From: Bdellovibrionota bacterium
Lineage (GTDB): Bacteria; Bdellovibrionota_C; UBA2361; JBIKUX01
Assembly: GCA_044347345.1 (NCBI GenBank)
Contig: JBIKUX010000008.1
Location: 32,027-96,026, forward strand
Reading direction: 5' to 3'
DNA: 64,000 nucleotides
Below the pieces are notes generated by a model. That model searched no databases and had not been told where the DNA came from. It saw only the letters and a list, made by a program, of their open reading frames with translations. Positions 10,023-20,119 of this stretch are shown here, one piece after another (within the stretch, counting starts at the first letter, position 1; every line of letters begins with the position of its first letter). Made by a program: the position numbers and the translations under genes.

Positions 10023-13000
10023 ATGTGGTCATCATCTCACTCTTACGCTCAGTTGATTAAGGCTTCTGCTGGCTCTGGTAAAACTTTTCAACTCACCGCG
10101 CGGATGATCTCCCTACTTCTTCTCGGAGAAGACCCTTCAGCAATTTTGGCTACAACATTTACGCGCAAGGCTGCCGGTGAAATCCTTTCACGTCTTTTCG
10201 CCAAGCTTGCTGCCGCAACTGTAGACGAATCTGAAAAACGGTCACTCATAGACTCTCTCAAAAAACTTGACTTTCTCCAGTCCAATTCTGTGTCCAATGA
10301 AGCTCCTGACAATGCCTTACTACGATTGATAGCAAGGCAACACAAGTTAAATGTTTGTACTCTAGACTCATTTGTTTTGATGGTGGCACAACTTTACCAT
10401 CTGGAAGGAGGATTGGTTGAGGTACCTAAAATAATAAGTTCTGATGAAGAGGAAAAAATTACCCTTGAAGCATTAAACCACCTTATTGAGCTTGAATCAC
10501 CACAAGCAATATGTAGTGCGCTTTATTTAATTGAAGGTCAAACCAAATCCAGTTCAGTCCTTCGTCCGCTAAGATCTCTCGGTGTAGTTTTAAAGCACAC
10601 TCATGCTGAAATTAATGATTTATTATGGCAGGAGGCAAAGGAGACTCTTACATCCTCAACATTAAGCTCAGAGGATATTAAAAAGCTAGTAAGTAGATTC
10701 TTAGAAACCCCCGTACCAGTCACTACACAAGGAAGACCAAATAGTCATTGGATTAAAGGCTGTGCGACACTCTCACAAAAAATTTTAGAGAGAAAATGGC
10801 AGGAAGCATTAGGTAGTTCCATCATTAAGGCTTTGAGAAAAAAAGAGAGCTTTTATAACAAAGAGGCTCCGGATAATCTGATTGAAGCGGCTTCACCACT
10901 TATTGACTATGCAATTCAGATGCTCAGATACGAAATGTATCAACGGGCACAAGCCTTTATCAGCCTGGCAAAAAAGTATAGTCAAATTTTGACTGGCATA
11001 AAGATGGGGAAATCCCTATTTTCGTTTGACGAGCTCACTAATCATTTGGCTCGTAGCTTATCGTCTGAGTCCCTCAATACAGTTTTTTTTCGTCTTGATA
11101 CCGTTTACCGTCATTTAATGTTAGATGAATTTCAAGATACAGCCCTTACTCAATGGCAGCTTATTGCCCCACTTGCTGAAGAAATTCTCTCATCTGTTAG
11201 TCCAGAACGAACATTTTTCTGCGTAGGAGACACAAAACAAGCTATCTATGGGTGGAGGGGTGGCGTCTCCTCACTATTTTCTTTTTTAGAGGAAAGTTAC
11301 AAAAATGTTCTAACTACCAAACCACTTACTACTTGTTTTCGGTGCTCCCCAGCGATTCTTAGCTTTACTGACACTCTGTTTTGTAATTTAAGTAAAGCCG
11401 AGTCAATAAAGAGTGTTCTACCACTCGCTAAGCCGTGGCTTGATAAATATTCTCTTCACACTTCAGCTAAATTACCTGACGCCACCAGTGAATATAATGG
11501 ATTTGTAGCAGTATGCACACTAAGTGATGATAAGGAATCTATTGCTTCATCTGGATTATTTACAATAAATGCCATCAAAACAATTCTTTCCATTTATAAC
11601 GATAATTTTATTCCTTCAATTGGGATTCTTACAAGAACCAATGAGACAGCTAGGTATCTTCAAGGCTTCATAAAATCAGAAATAGGCGCAGAATCTTCTT
11701 TAAAAGATGTAATTAAAATTGGCTCTGAAGCTGGGGCTCTTCTTGCCGATATTCCTGCTGTTAAGTGTCTTTTATCGTTTTTGCAATTTCTTGATCATCC
11801 TCATGATTCTATTTCTCGTTATCATTTAGCTACAAGCCCCATGCATGTTTTAGTTGGTACTAATAACTACAAAGATGATAAAACTTTTGAGCATTTATAT
11901 CAGAGTATCAGGCGCGAATGGACAGAGCGCGGGCTTGCCAACACCCTTAGAAACAGGTTAACCGTATTATTTAAAAGCCTTGATCACTCACAGTATTTAG
12001 CGCTTAATGCGTCACTCCTCATTATTGAAAATATTGAAAAGCGAAACTTTTGCTCCAGAACTAGCCCCTTCCAATTCGCTATTCAAAAGGCTGCCTCTGA
12101 GGGGATTGCCAGCACTCAAGTGAGAGTTATGACCATACACAAATCAAAAGGCCTTGAATTTGATTATGTAATTCTTCCTGAATTAGACGTACCTCTTATA
12201 AATCTAAGAACAAGAACAGGTCCGATAATAACCCAGCGAGACCAACAGACCTTTTGTCCTCTGCGTATATTCCCGAGGATTCCGAAAGAATTAGAATGGC
12301 TTTTTCCAGAGATACCGAGTGCTCAAGTAAGGGAGCATCAGGAATTAAGAGCTTTAGAAGATTCGCTATCCCTTCTATACGTAAGCCTTACCAGAGCGCG
12401 TCTCGGATTATTTCTCCTTGATCAGGAAGAGAAAGATAATACTTCTCCAAATAAAGTGACATATCAATCAGTCATTAAAGATATATTTGTCGATAACATT
12501 GACCCTCTCGACAATAAGCTGGGCTTTGTAGAAGTTCGGTATCTTGAAGGACAAAGGCCTGTTGATTTGCAATCGGTAGTAAATAAACCCATAAGCCAAA
12601 ACACTGTGAATCAATCGATAGAGCCAACTGTGCACGAAGTTCAGCCTCCAAAACTATCGGTTAGTAACTTTGATCAAAGTAAGTTTCTACCCCATCAACA
12701 AATTTCGTTACACATCAAAAATAAGTTAAAACATAAAAATTTTCTTAGTGAGCTGTCATTACTAAAGAGTTATGAAAATGTATTAAGAGCTATTGATTGG
12801 TTAGAGTTTGATAAGCCAATCATTTTAAATGATACTTATAGCGACATCAAAGAATCTGATAAGCCAAAAGTTTTAGATTGGCTTTCTCGTCAGGAAGTAC
12901 AATTTGTTCTTAATTACAAACAATGTCAGAGCTATTTTTTTAACTCTTTTGAGTCTGATCTAATTTTACAAAAAAATAAACGTTTCCTCATTCAGCAGCC

Positions 13001-13184
13001 TACATGTTTTTTATCAGGTACGTTTTTACGATTAGTTACTGGAACGATGAGTGACGATAGTAAAGCCGTACTTCTAATCACATTTGATAATGACGAAAGT
13101 AATCTTACCAAATACAGACAGGCACTCAGTATAATAAGTGGGATTGATGACCAACATATCTTTAGCTATTCGCTTCCATGGTAG
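10023..13184 (+). CDS. addA: AddA/UvrD-family SF1 helicase
   Basis: ASAGSGKT, TFTRKAAGE, LDEFQDT, VGDTKQAIYGWRG, MTIHKSKGLEF and LYVSLTRAR motifs. Confidence 0.88.
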   Translation: MWSSSHSYAQLIKASAGSGKTFQLTARMISLLLLGEDPSAILATTFTRKAAGEILSRLFAKLAAATVDESEKRSLIDSLKKLDFLQSNSVSNEAPDNALLRLIARQHKLNVCTLDSFVLMVAQLYHLEGGLVEVPKIISSDEEEKITLEALNHLIELESPQAICSALYLIEGQTKSSSVLRPLRSLGVVLKHTHAEINDLLWQEAKETLTSSTLSSEDIKKLVSRFLETPVPVTTQGRPNSHWIKGCATLSQKILERKWQEALGSSIIKALRKKESFYNKEAPDNLIEAASPLIDYAIQMLRYEMYQRAQAFISLAKKYSQILTGIKMGKSLFSFDELTNHLARSLSSESLNTVFFRLDTVYRHLMLDEFQDTALTQWQLIAPLAEEILSSVSPERTFFCVGDTKQAIYGWRGGVSSLFSFLEESYKNVLTTKPLTTCFRCSPAILSFTDTLFCNLSKAESIKSVLPLAKPWLDKYSLHTSAKLPDATSEYNGFVAVCTLSDDKESIASSGLFTINAIKTILSIYNDNFIPSIGILTRTNETARYLQGFIKSEIGAESSLKDVIKIGSEAGALLADIPAVKCLLSFLQFLDHPHDSISRYHLATSPMHVLVGTNNYKDDKTFEHLYQSIRREWTERGLANTLRNRLTVLFKSLDHSQYLALNASLLIIENIEKRNFCSRTSPFQFAIQKAASEGIASTQVRVMTIHKSKGLEFDYVILPELDVPLINLRTRTGPIITQRDQQTFCPLRIFPRIPKELEWLFPEIPSAQVREHQELRALEDSLSLLYVSLTRARLGLFLLDQEEKDNTSPNKVTYQSVIKDIFVDNIDPLDNKLGFVEVRYLEGQRPVDLQSVVNKPISQNTVNQSIEPTVHEVQPPKLSVSNFDQSKFLPHQQISLHIKNKLKHKNFLSELSLLKSYENVLRAIDWLEFDKPIILNDTYSDIKESDKPKVLDWLSRQEVQFVLNYKQCQSYFFNSFESDLILQKNKRFLIQQPTCFLSGTFLRLVTGTMSDDSKAVLLITFDNDESNLTKYRQALSIISGIDDQHIFSYSLPW

Positions 13185-13430
13185 TAAATCGTTAATCAGT
13201 TAGTATAAAAAGGATACATTTTTAATAAAGTTAAACAGCGTATTTTAAACTTTGGTTTATATCGATTAATTAAATTAAGGTCTGTCCTACTAGTAAACTG
13301 CTTTGATTAATTATCTAATCACTTAACAAATTAGTAATGGCTAGGGAGAATAAAGCCGACCGACTATAATATATATATAGTATAACAAAGTCAGTGTTTG
13401 ATTTATCAAAAATTAGCATTATAAAATTTT

Positions 13431-14441
13431 ATGACAACAAACGAGCTGTCATCTAAACTTCTCTCTATTATTGTGCCTTGCTACAATGAGTCTGAAGTTA
13501 TTGATCAAACAGTCAATCGTCTTAAGGCAATTTTCGCCAACCAAAAGGATATCGCGGCTGAACTTATTTTTATCGATGACGGAAGTAAAGATCAAACTCA
13601 GCAGATTTTAAGAAAGTATGCAGATGAAGATAAAAGAATTAAGCTTATCTGCTTTTCAAGAAATTTTGGTCATCAAATGGCTGTTACCGCTGGTATAGAT
13701 GCGGCTGCAGGGGATGCAGTAGTCTTAATTGATGCTGATTTACAAGACCCACCGGAAGTGATTCATGAAATGATTGAAAAGTGGCGAGAGGGCTATGATG
13801 TTATTTACGGAACCCGTACAGAGCGTTTAGGCGAATCCGTATTAAAAATTGCTACTGCTCGAGGATTCTACAGACTATTAAATAAACTATCTGACGTACC
13901 AATTCCTTTGGACACTGGCGATTTTCGACTGATGAGTAGAGCGGTAGTTGATACATTAAAAGCCATGCCTGAACGTGACCGCTTTATAAGAGGCATGGTA
14001 AGTTGGGTAGGATTTCGGCAAACATCTCTACCCTATAAAAGACAAGAGCGCTTTGCTGGATATTCTAAATATCCTCTAGCAAAAATGGTACGGTTTGCCT
14101 CAGACGGTATTCTTTCTTTTTCAACAAAACCGTTGCAGATAGCCGTTGGTCTTGGCCTTTTAGCAGCAGCCTTAGCACTGATCGGAATTGTATATGCCCT
14201 AATTCTGAGGATTTTTACAAGTATTTGGGTTGAAGGATGGACTGCTTTGATAATTGCAATTCTGTTTATCGGCGGTATCCAACTAGTCTGTATCGGAATT
14301 TTAGGCGAGTATATCGGTAGGATATATAACGAAACCAAAAGGCGACCACTCTACGTAGTAAAAGAATACGTTGGCTTTGTTCGAGAAACAGATACGCCTA
14401 CCTTTTCCCGCAGTCCGATAATTTATAAAGATAATAAATGA
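13431..14441 (+). CDS. GT2 polyprenol-phosphate glycosyltransferase (GtrB/YkoT-like)
   Basis: IIVPCYNE, IDDGSKD, FSRNFGHQ, IDADLQDPP and TGDFRLM motifs; two C-terminal TMs; GEYIGRIY..TKRRPLY. Confidence 0.93.
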   Translation: MTTNELSSKLLSIIVPCYNESEVIDQTVNRLKAIFANQKDIAAELIFIDDGSKDQTQQILRKYADEDKRIKLICFSRNFGHQMAVTAGIDAAAGDAVVLIDADLQDPPEVIHEMIEKWREGYDVIYGTRTERLGESVLKIATARGFYRLLNKLSDVPIPLDTGDFRLMSRAVVDTLKAMPERDRFIRGMVSWVGFRQTSLPYKRQERFAGYSKYPLAKMVRFASDGILSFSTKPLQIAVGLGLLAAALALIGIVYALILRIFTSIWVEGWTALIIAILFIGGIQLVCIGILGEYIGRIYNETKRRPLYVVKEYVGFVRETDTPTFSRSPIIYKDNK

Positions 14442-15430
14442 AAAAGTTTATCCGTTTCTCTCTAGGAGTAAGCATAGCTAGTTTTTTTATTTGGCTTTGC
14501 CTGAAAAATATTGATTTTAACCTTCTGCTTACTATCTGTAGTGAGGCAAATATTAGCCTTATAGCATGTGCTACAGTTTTATTTTTTGTGGGCTATTCCT
14601 GTAGAATTGAACGTTGGCGACTAATGCTCGTTCGAGACAACACAAATCTTAAATGGTCTGAATGTATTCTTCCTTTTATTACAAGTATAGCAACCAATAA
14701 TGTTGTACCTTTTCGAGCTGGAGACCTTTTACGAGCCTTTGGTTTTAATGACAAACTCGGCGTAAGTGCTGCTACATCAATTACTTCCTTACTTGTAGAA
14801 CGGTTACTTGATCTACTGATGGTGATGATGTTTTTAGCTATAGCATTAGCTTCTTTTGACTTAGAGTCGACCAGTATTGTTGGGGTAGGAAGAAACTTTC
14901 TTGTTGCTTGCGTCATTTTAATTTTAGCACTCTTACTTTTTCCTAATCTCATTAAACCAATCACGTTCAAAATTAATTCTATTTTGTGCCGTATGCTACC
15001 GCGTATAGGATTACTGATTTCTAAAGAACTATCAAAGATCTTTTTAGCTCTAGAACATACGTCAAACAAAAATACTATGATTAAGTTAATCGTATGGTCA
15101 TTTTTATCATGGCTTTTAGAAGGATTAGTATTTTGGTTTGTTGCTTTTTCTATTCCAACTATTTCAAATGACTTAGGTGCTTGGATTGCACTACCGCTAG
15201 GAACCTTAGCAACAATCCTACCGAGCACACCAGGATATGTTGGGACTTTTGATTATTTCACTGCACATGCTATGACCTCTGTGGGAAATTCGCTTCCAAG
15301 TTCGACAGTCTATGCATTCATGGTTCATACAGTGCTTTGGCTTCCCCCAACTATCTTTGGTGGGCTGCTCTACCTTTGCACCAAAATATTTCGAGTTGGC
15401 TCACCCTCTAGTACTAAATTGAGTTCATAA
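14438..15430 (+). CDS. Lysylphosphatidylglycerol-synthase TM-domain/flippase-like protein (UPF0104)
   Basis: RIERWRLML, NNVVPFRAGDLLR, VERLLD and PSTPGYVGTFD motifs; ATGA overlap with the GT2 gene. Confidence 0.85.
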   Translation: MKKFIRFSLGVSIASFFIWLCLKNIDFNLLLTICSEANISLIACATVLFFVGYSCRIERWRLMLVRDNTNLKWSECILPFITSIATNNVVPFRAGDLLRAFGFNDKLGVSAATSITSLLVERLLDLLMVMMFLAIALASFDLESTSIVGVGRNFLVACVILILALLLFPNLIKPITFKINSILCRMLPRIGLLISKELSKIFLALEHTSNKNTMIKLIVWSFLSWLLEGLVFWFVAFSIPTISNDLGAWIALPLGTLATILPSTPGYVGTFDYFTAHAMTSVGNSLPSSTVYAFMVHTVLWLPPTIFGGLLYLCTKIFRVGSPSSTKLSS

Positions 15431-15622
15431 TGGGGTAGCTCGGCGTATCTCATTTGAATAGAGTTCACTAGAATGAAAACTTATTTTAGATAAAAGGGTA
15501 TAAATAAGACTCTAACCTATCTGGGAAAAACTTGACCGAAAAAACTTATAAAAAAGCCAAAAAAATAGGGCTCAAATGATCGGGTAAGTAATAGGCTCTC
15601 TGCAAAACTCAGAGCTTAAATC

Positions 15623-15652
15623 GAAAAACAGAAACTAGAAAAACAGAAACTA
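15623..15652. repeat. Perfect 15-bp tandem duplication GAAAAACAGAAACTA x2
   Basis: Read directly from the sequence. Confidence 0.9.
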
Positions 15653-16180
15653 AAAAGTCAGAGACTAGATCGAAACGCTTTCAAAAAGGCAGCAATAGAC
15701 AAACAATTGACCCCAGTTTCTAAATGATTTTCGTGTGCAACTAATTATTTAAAATTTTTATAATCTTTTAGTCTAAGAATTATGAAGTTGCAAAAATAAA
15801 TATAGTAACTAATACTTTACTGTTAGCAAACCAAGTTAAAGTAGCCGTACGCTATATATCCCTAATATATATCTTTATATTTACCTTTGAATTGCATACT
15901 CTTTATTTTTCAAAAAATAATTCTAAAGCAGCTTAATACTAATATAACAAAAGTAACAACTATTTAAAAATGCTCCATTACAGAGTAAACATTAAGTTCT
16001 ATATTCAGGGGTGATGTTAATTAATGAGAGACAACTTCGTAGGATATTACAAACAAACCGCTACAGCTATAACTCTTTAACCCACTATTTGCTTTGGCAC
16101 TAAAACATGGGGTAACTCCTTTTGATGATTTTGATTAGTGATAAAGAGAGTAACAAATAGACTTTTTAAAACGAAGAAAG

Positions 16181-16675
16181 ATGCCACAGATGGGAGATGA
16201 TAAGTCGCATATTACACAAAACTCAAATTCAGCAGAAGTATCGGAATGTATACTGAACGCTCAAAAAGCTACTGAAATCTTTTCACGTGCCTTTGAATCA
16301 CTTACCAAAGACCCGAGTAAAAATTACAAGAACCAAGAAAGTTCAATTCTTGCGCAAGCAAGAAGCAACGTTACAGCAAACTCTTCTCTTGGTGAACTTC
16401 TTGATATTTCTAAGGCTAGGCCTCCTCAAGATGATGGGGATGATATAAATGAAATGAAACTTAAACTTCTATATGATGTTTGGCTCGCTATTAGACAACA
16501 ACTTGTTAAAGAATCTTATGTCATCCAAAATGAAGATAGGAAAGAGCTCTATCATTTCATGTCGCCAAATTTTGGGCTGATAGTTCCTGTAGAATTGGCA
16601 GATAAATATCACCACCCTTACGATCTAACGCCTACAAATCTTCTCAAAATGCAGTTTTCCACTGAAACCGACTAA
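16181..16675 (+). CDS. Hypothetical protein
   Basis: 164-aa ORF preceded by a purine-rich RBS-like stretch; no recognisable family. Confidence 0.6.
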   Translation: MPQMGDDKSHITQNSNSAEVSECILNAQKATEIFSRAFESLTKDPSKNYKNQESSILAQARSNVTANSSLGELLDISKARPPQDDGDDINEMKLKLLYDVWLAIRQQLVKESYVIQNEDRKELYHFMSPNFGLIVPVELADKYHHPYDLTPTNLLKMQFSTETD

Positions 16676-16951
16676 TACCACCTACCACTTCTCTCACGAC
16701 AAGACCGTGCACCATCTATGTTACAGCGACGCACGGTCGCCTGCGGTTGTTCGTTACAGGTCGACAGCGCACTTATGGCACAAAGTAAACTAGTTACAGT
16801 AGTGCAGGTGATCAGCCCCCCTTCTTCGCTACGATCAGAGGTGCATTAACAAAATCAGGCGGGAGCTTATCTTGATCTTGGTATCTCACTGCTTTGCTAA
16901 TAACAAACCATGCTCGTATTGAGCTCTTTATCGTTGCTTAAAATGGAGGCG

Positions 16952-18145
16952 TCAAATCGGCATATCGTGCGACGCACTCTCAGAGGTAGTCCGCCGCCGC
17001 TTATCGTAGATCTGGGTAGTGGTGATTCGTTTATGCCCCAGAAGCTCTTGGACCTTGGTAATATCAACCCCTGCATCAAGGAGAAGCGTTGCGGTGGTAG
17101 CCCTGAGCGAATGGGGCGAGTAGATGCACCGCTCAACCTCGATAGGCTTTCCATCTTCCCCCAACACCAGATTCCCAGCCTCATCTTTTACCTGCTCTTT
17201 GACCACAGCCCCTGGCAACTGCTTTAGGTAGCAAACGATCTTCCGCCATAGAGTCGAGGTATCTGCCCGCGCTAGAGCTAGCCTACTAGCATCCCTTGGA
17301 GCAGCTTGCGCCCGAAAAAGTGGGCCACTAGTAAGCTCAGCCTTGGCAATATGCTGGCGAATCGATTCAGCCGCAGCAAAGTGAATACCGATACGGCGCT
17401 GGGTACCCCCTTTTTCGCGAATTTTAAGCGTTGCATCGTGCTCATCATTGTAGAAGTCAGCGACATCAAGGAGCCGTAGGGTGTTAATCCGAATGCCTGT
17501 GTAGAGCAAAGTTTTGAGCATTGCTCGATCCTGGTAGTCCAGCACCCCTTCACCTGTTACAAGCCCCATAAGCTGCCTTGCTCGGGTGGCATTAAGGCTT
17601 AAGGTTTCTTGAACTGGAGAGCTTGCCAGCCGTCTAATAAACTGCACATGGGCTGGATTAGGCACCGTGATAGGTAGCCGCGCTTCAGCTGCACAGCCAG
17701 CCACAAACTGGTAGAAGGACGAAACGGCTGCCAATCTATGGTTAATGGTCTTAGGGGCTTTGTCTTGCTCAAGCATTATCTCGCGCCAGTAGGCTACATC
17801 ATGAATGGTGCCAGTAAGAAACCGATATGCTTCCTCTGGCCATACCCACCCCATGAACTCGATAAAGGCCATAATCCCACGGCGATACGATCTTTGGGTA
17901 TGGATGCTCTCTGACCTCTTTACCCACCGCTCAAAAATCTCGCCAATAGACTCATAAAACGACTGCACCCGGTTTTGTTGCGCTCGCTCAGACTCAAACC
18001 CCGCCAAAATTGGCGGCATGGCTACCCGTTGGTCATCGTCAGGCAGCAGCACCGTTGTTTTTACTGTTACCTCACTTACATCCCCCATAGGCTCCCTTAA
18101 CTTTATCTCCCCACACCTTTTGTGCAAGATAAGCTCTTTTATCAT
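16952..18145 (-). CDS. Tyrosine recombinase/integrase
   Basis: Catalytic set TGIR, HSLR, LGH, TTQIY; N-terminal SAM-like core-binding region (TQRSYRRGI, KTINHRLAAVSSFY). Confidence 0.95.
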   Translation of the reverse strand: MIKELILHKRCGEIKLREPMGDVSEVTVKTTVLLPDDDQRVAMPPILAGFESERAQQNRVQSFYESIGEIFERWVKRSESIHTQRSYRRGIMAFIEFMGWVWPEEAYRFLTGTIHDVAYWREIMLEQDKAPKTINHRLAAVSSFYQFVAGCAAEARLPITVPNPAHVQFIRRLASSPVQETLSLNATRARQLMGLVTGEGVLDYQDRAMLKTLLYTGIRINTLRLLDVADFYNDEHDATLKIREKGGTQRRIGIHFAAAESIRQHIAKAELTSGPLFRAQAAPRDASRLALARADTSTLWRKIVCYLKQLPGAVVKEQVKDEAGNLVLGEDGKPIEVERCIYSPHSLRATTATLLLDAGVDITKVQELLGHKRITTTQIYDKRRRTTSESASHDMPI

Positions 18146-18175
18146 GCATTAAGACGAAGATCTATTGACTATTTA

Positions 18176-18216
18176 TTACCCAGTAATTACGCTGTGTAAA
18201 TGTAATTACTATGTAA
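18176..18216. other. Inverted-repeat site between the divergent recombinase and coiled-coil genes
   Basis: TTACCCAGTAATTAC-N11-GTAATTACTATGTAA; the arms are 13/15 complementary. Confidence 0.75.
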
Positions 18217-18220
18217 CTTT

Positions 18221-19219
18221 ATGCCTATGAATGCTCCTTCCCTCCGAGAATCGCCCCAATCTCTAGAATATCAAGCCGCCTACGCCTGCTTCCAAGCCGC
18301 TGTCACCCTCAAGCGCGATGGCAGGCTAGTAAATGGTCCCCGCATCAGAGCGCTAGTGGGTCGAGGCTCTCACTCCACCACTAAAAAGTACGCCGATATC
18401 TGGAAAGCTCTTGAAGCTGGAGGAAGCCCGGATCTCTCCCCCGATGTCGAAGCCGCCTACGAAGCCGTCAAAGCCGGTAGCGAAGATCCAGCAGCCTTTA
18501 CTCCCCCACCCCCAGAGGAGCTAAAAGACCTGCTTAACCAGCTCTGGGAGATGACCCAAGAGTGGATAGCCACTGGGTGCCGTAAGACCGAAGAGATGTG
18601 CGGTGACGAGTTGGCAGAGATGGAAGACAAGGTCACAGTAGCCAACGCCGCTCGCGACAAGGCAAAAGCAGAACTTGCTAAACACGAGTCAGAGCGCGTC
18701 AAACTAGCAACCCAGAACAGTGAGCTAAAGCAGCTTACCTCCAAGCTAACCGGGCAGATGGAAGCCTTAGAAGCTAAGCTCAACGACCTAACCGATAAGA
18801 ACGCCACACTTGAGCAAACCATCAATGAGCAATCCAACCAGATTGTCCGCTTAACAATGGAGGCACAAATCACCCAAGAGCGCCTCACCGAGAGCAAGCG
18901 ACGGGAGGGAGAGGCACACGAGAGGGTTAAGACTACGCAGGAGCAACTTGAGAACCTGCGGGAAGCAAAGGAGCAGATTCAGGAGCGAGTCGCCCGGATG
19001 GAGGAAACAGAGAAGTCGCTCACCTCCCAGCTTGAGCGGGAGCGCACGCGGGTAGAGGCCTTGGATGGCAAGGTTTATGAGCAGGCCAGAGTTATTGCAG
19101 CCCTTACCGGGGAGGCGAAAGCTGCAGAGGAGCGGGCTAAAGCTTCCGAGGAGACGGTATCTTTACTTAGAAAAGAACTGCAACATAATGGAAAGACAAG
19201 CTTACCCTACATTAAATGA
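18221..19219 (+). CDS. KfrA_N/TnpT-like DNA-binding coiled-coil protein
   Basis: N-terminal AAVTLKRDGRLVNGPRIRALVGRGSHSTTKKYADIWK matches the KfrA-N pattern and is followed by about 200 aa of heptad repeats. Confidence 0.8.
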   Translation: MPMNAPSLRESPQSLEYQAAYACFQAAVTLKRDGRLVNGPRIRALVGRGSHSTTKKYADIWKALEAGGSPDLSPDVEAAYEAVKAGSEDPAAFTPPPPEELKDLLNQLWEMTQEWIATGCRKTEEMCGDELAEMEDKVTVANAARDKAKAELAKHESERVKLATQNSELKQLTSKLTGQMEALEAKLNDLTDKNATLEQTINEQSNQIVRLTMEAQITQERLTESKRREGEAHERVKTTQEQLENLREAKEQIQERVARMEETEKSLTSQLERERTRVEALDGKVYEQARVIAALTGEAKAAEERAKASEETVSLLRKELQHNGKTSLPYIK

Positions 19220-19228
19220 TTCATTGAT

Positions 19229-19400
19229 CTAAAATCGATATACCTCAAAGAATTGCTCACCGAGGCGGTAGATTGAACCGGAATGAGTCCCAACTGTAGT
19301 AACTCCAGCATTTCAAGTAGCTTTTCGCTATCGACAAGCTCGATCAGTGATACTCCAGCCCGTATACGACTTCTTTTCTTGCGTCGGTGGTTAATCCGTA
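19229..19400 (-). pseudogene. Frameshifted 3' remnant of an Mrr-family (type IV) restriction endonuclease
   Basis: Manual translation across two frameshifts gives TTDARKE / IRAGVSLIELVDSEKLLEMLELLQLGLIPVQ / YRLGEQFFEVYRF*. This matches the Mrr C-terminal pattern T.DA..EA.RDG..PIELVDGEKL..M...L.LGL.P...Y..D..FF. Confidence 0.7.
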
Positions 19401-19582
19401 TTTAACTACACTAAGCTGTCTAAAAAGACTTGCGAGTACATAGACACTAACTCGTTTTTAACTTAAACGAGCACAAAAAAATTTTTTTACTACTATATAT
19501 ACATTTTTTTTGTATCTTTTGTTGATTACCTAAACTGCTGCTGGTAGTTTTTTAAAAAAATGTTTTGTAATTTAGCTTAAAC

Positions 19583-19930
19583 TTGAGAAATGCAGATATG
19601 CCAAGCACCAACACTAGCCCATCACAGAAATCAGACCCACAACAAGGAGCCCAGATTACTGCAGACACTTTAAGTGGTTTAAAAGATAAACTGAAGGAGT
19701 TGGTTAAGGTTGGGTTCATAATTGAGATGAATGAGTATCAGGAAACGCACTATGTACCCCCATTTTCAATACAGAAATTTACCACTCCAGAAAAATTAGA
19801 AATAAATGTTAAAGATGAGCAATGGCCAAGGACGTTTAATTTACAGGTAATTAAGAATGAGATTAAGATGGACTCCCAGTCTTGCACACTATATGAAAGA
19901 GTCAGCGCACAACCTCAATCCAGTAACTAG
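19583..19930 (+). CDS. Hypothetical protein
   Basis: 115-aa ORF in AT-rich surroundings; no recognisable motif. Confidence 0.5.
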   Translation: MRNADMPSTNTSPSQKSDPQQGAQITADTLSGLKDKLKELVKVGFIIEMNEYQETHYVPPFSIQKFTTPEKLEINVKDEQWPRTFNLQVIKNEIKMDSQSCTLYERVSAQPQSSN

Positions 19931-20119
19931 TAAAAAAAATTTAAGATCATTGTAAATTTAACCGCACCCTTTTTTTTAAAAAATCACAAAAATTTATCAG
20001 TTTAAATCGTTCTAGCTGATTAATTGCCTATCTTCTTGTTAAGTCTATTAAACAATTTAGCTAAATCTTGTAGTGCTTCAGGGGTTTTTAATCATTTAGA
20101 CCCCTTAGTTTTGGTTTTT

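Larger units (their letters stand above)
16680..19440. mobile_element. GC-rich inserted module (tyrosine recombinase, KfrA/TnpT-like gene, Mrr remnant); boundaries approximate
   Basis: Sharp compositional shift (line 18241-18300 has 35/60 G+C; line 12661-12720 has 18/60) together with recombinase content. Confidence 0.7.

Noticed and set aside
16897-17553. ORFs 16897-17184, 16910-17227 and 17278-17553
   Set aside because: Alternative-frame or antisense overlaps of the recombinase in GC-rich DNA.
18176-18216. dif site for XerC/D
   Set aside because: Does not match the dif consensus (11-6-11 with TTATGTTAAAT), and the recombinase is not XerC/D-like in context.
16676-19450. att/target-site direct repeats or Tn3 terminal inverted repeats bounding the insert
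   Set aside because: None found by eye. The 8-bp IR at 16703-16738 (GACCGTGC/GCACGGTC) is too short to call an end.
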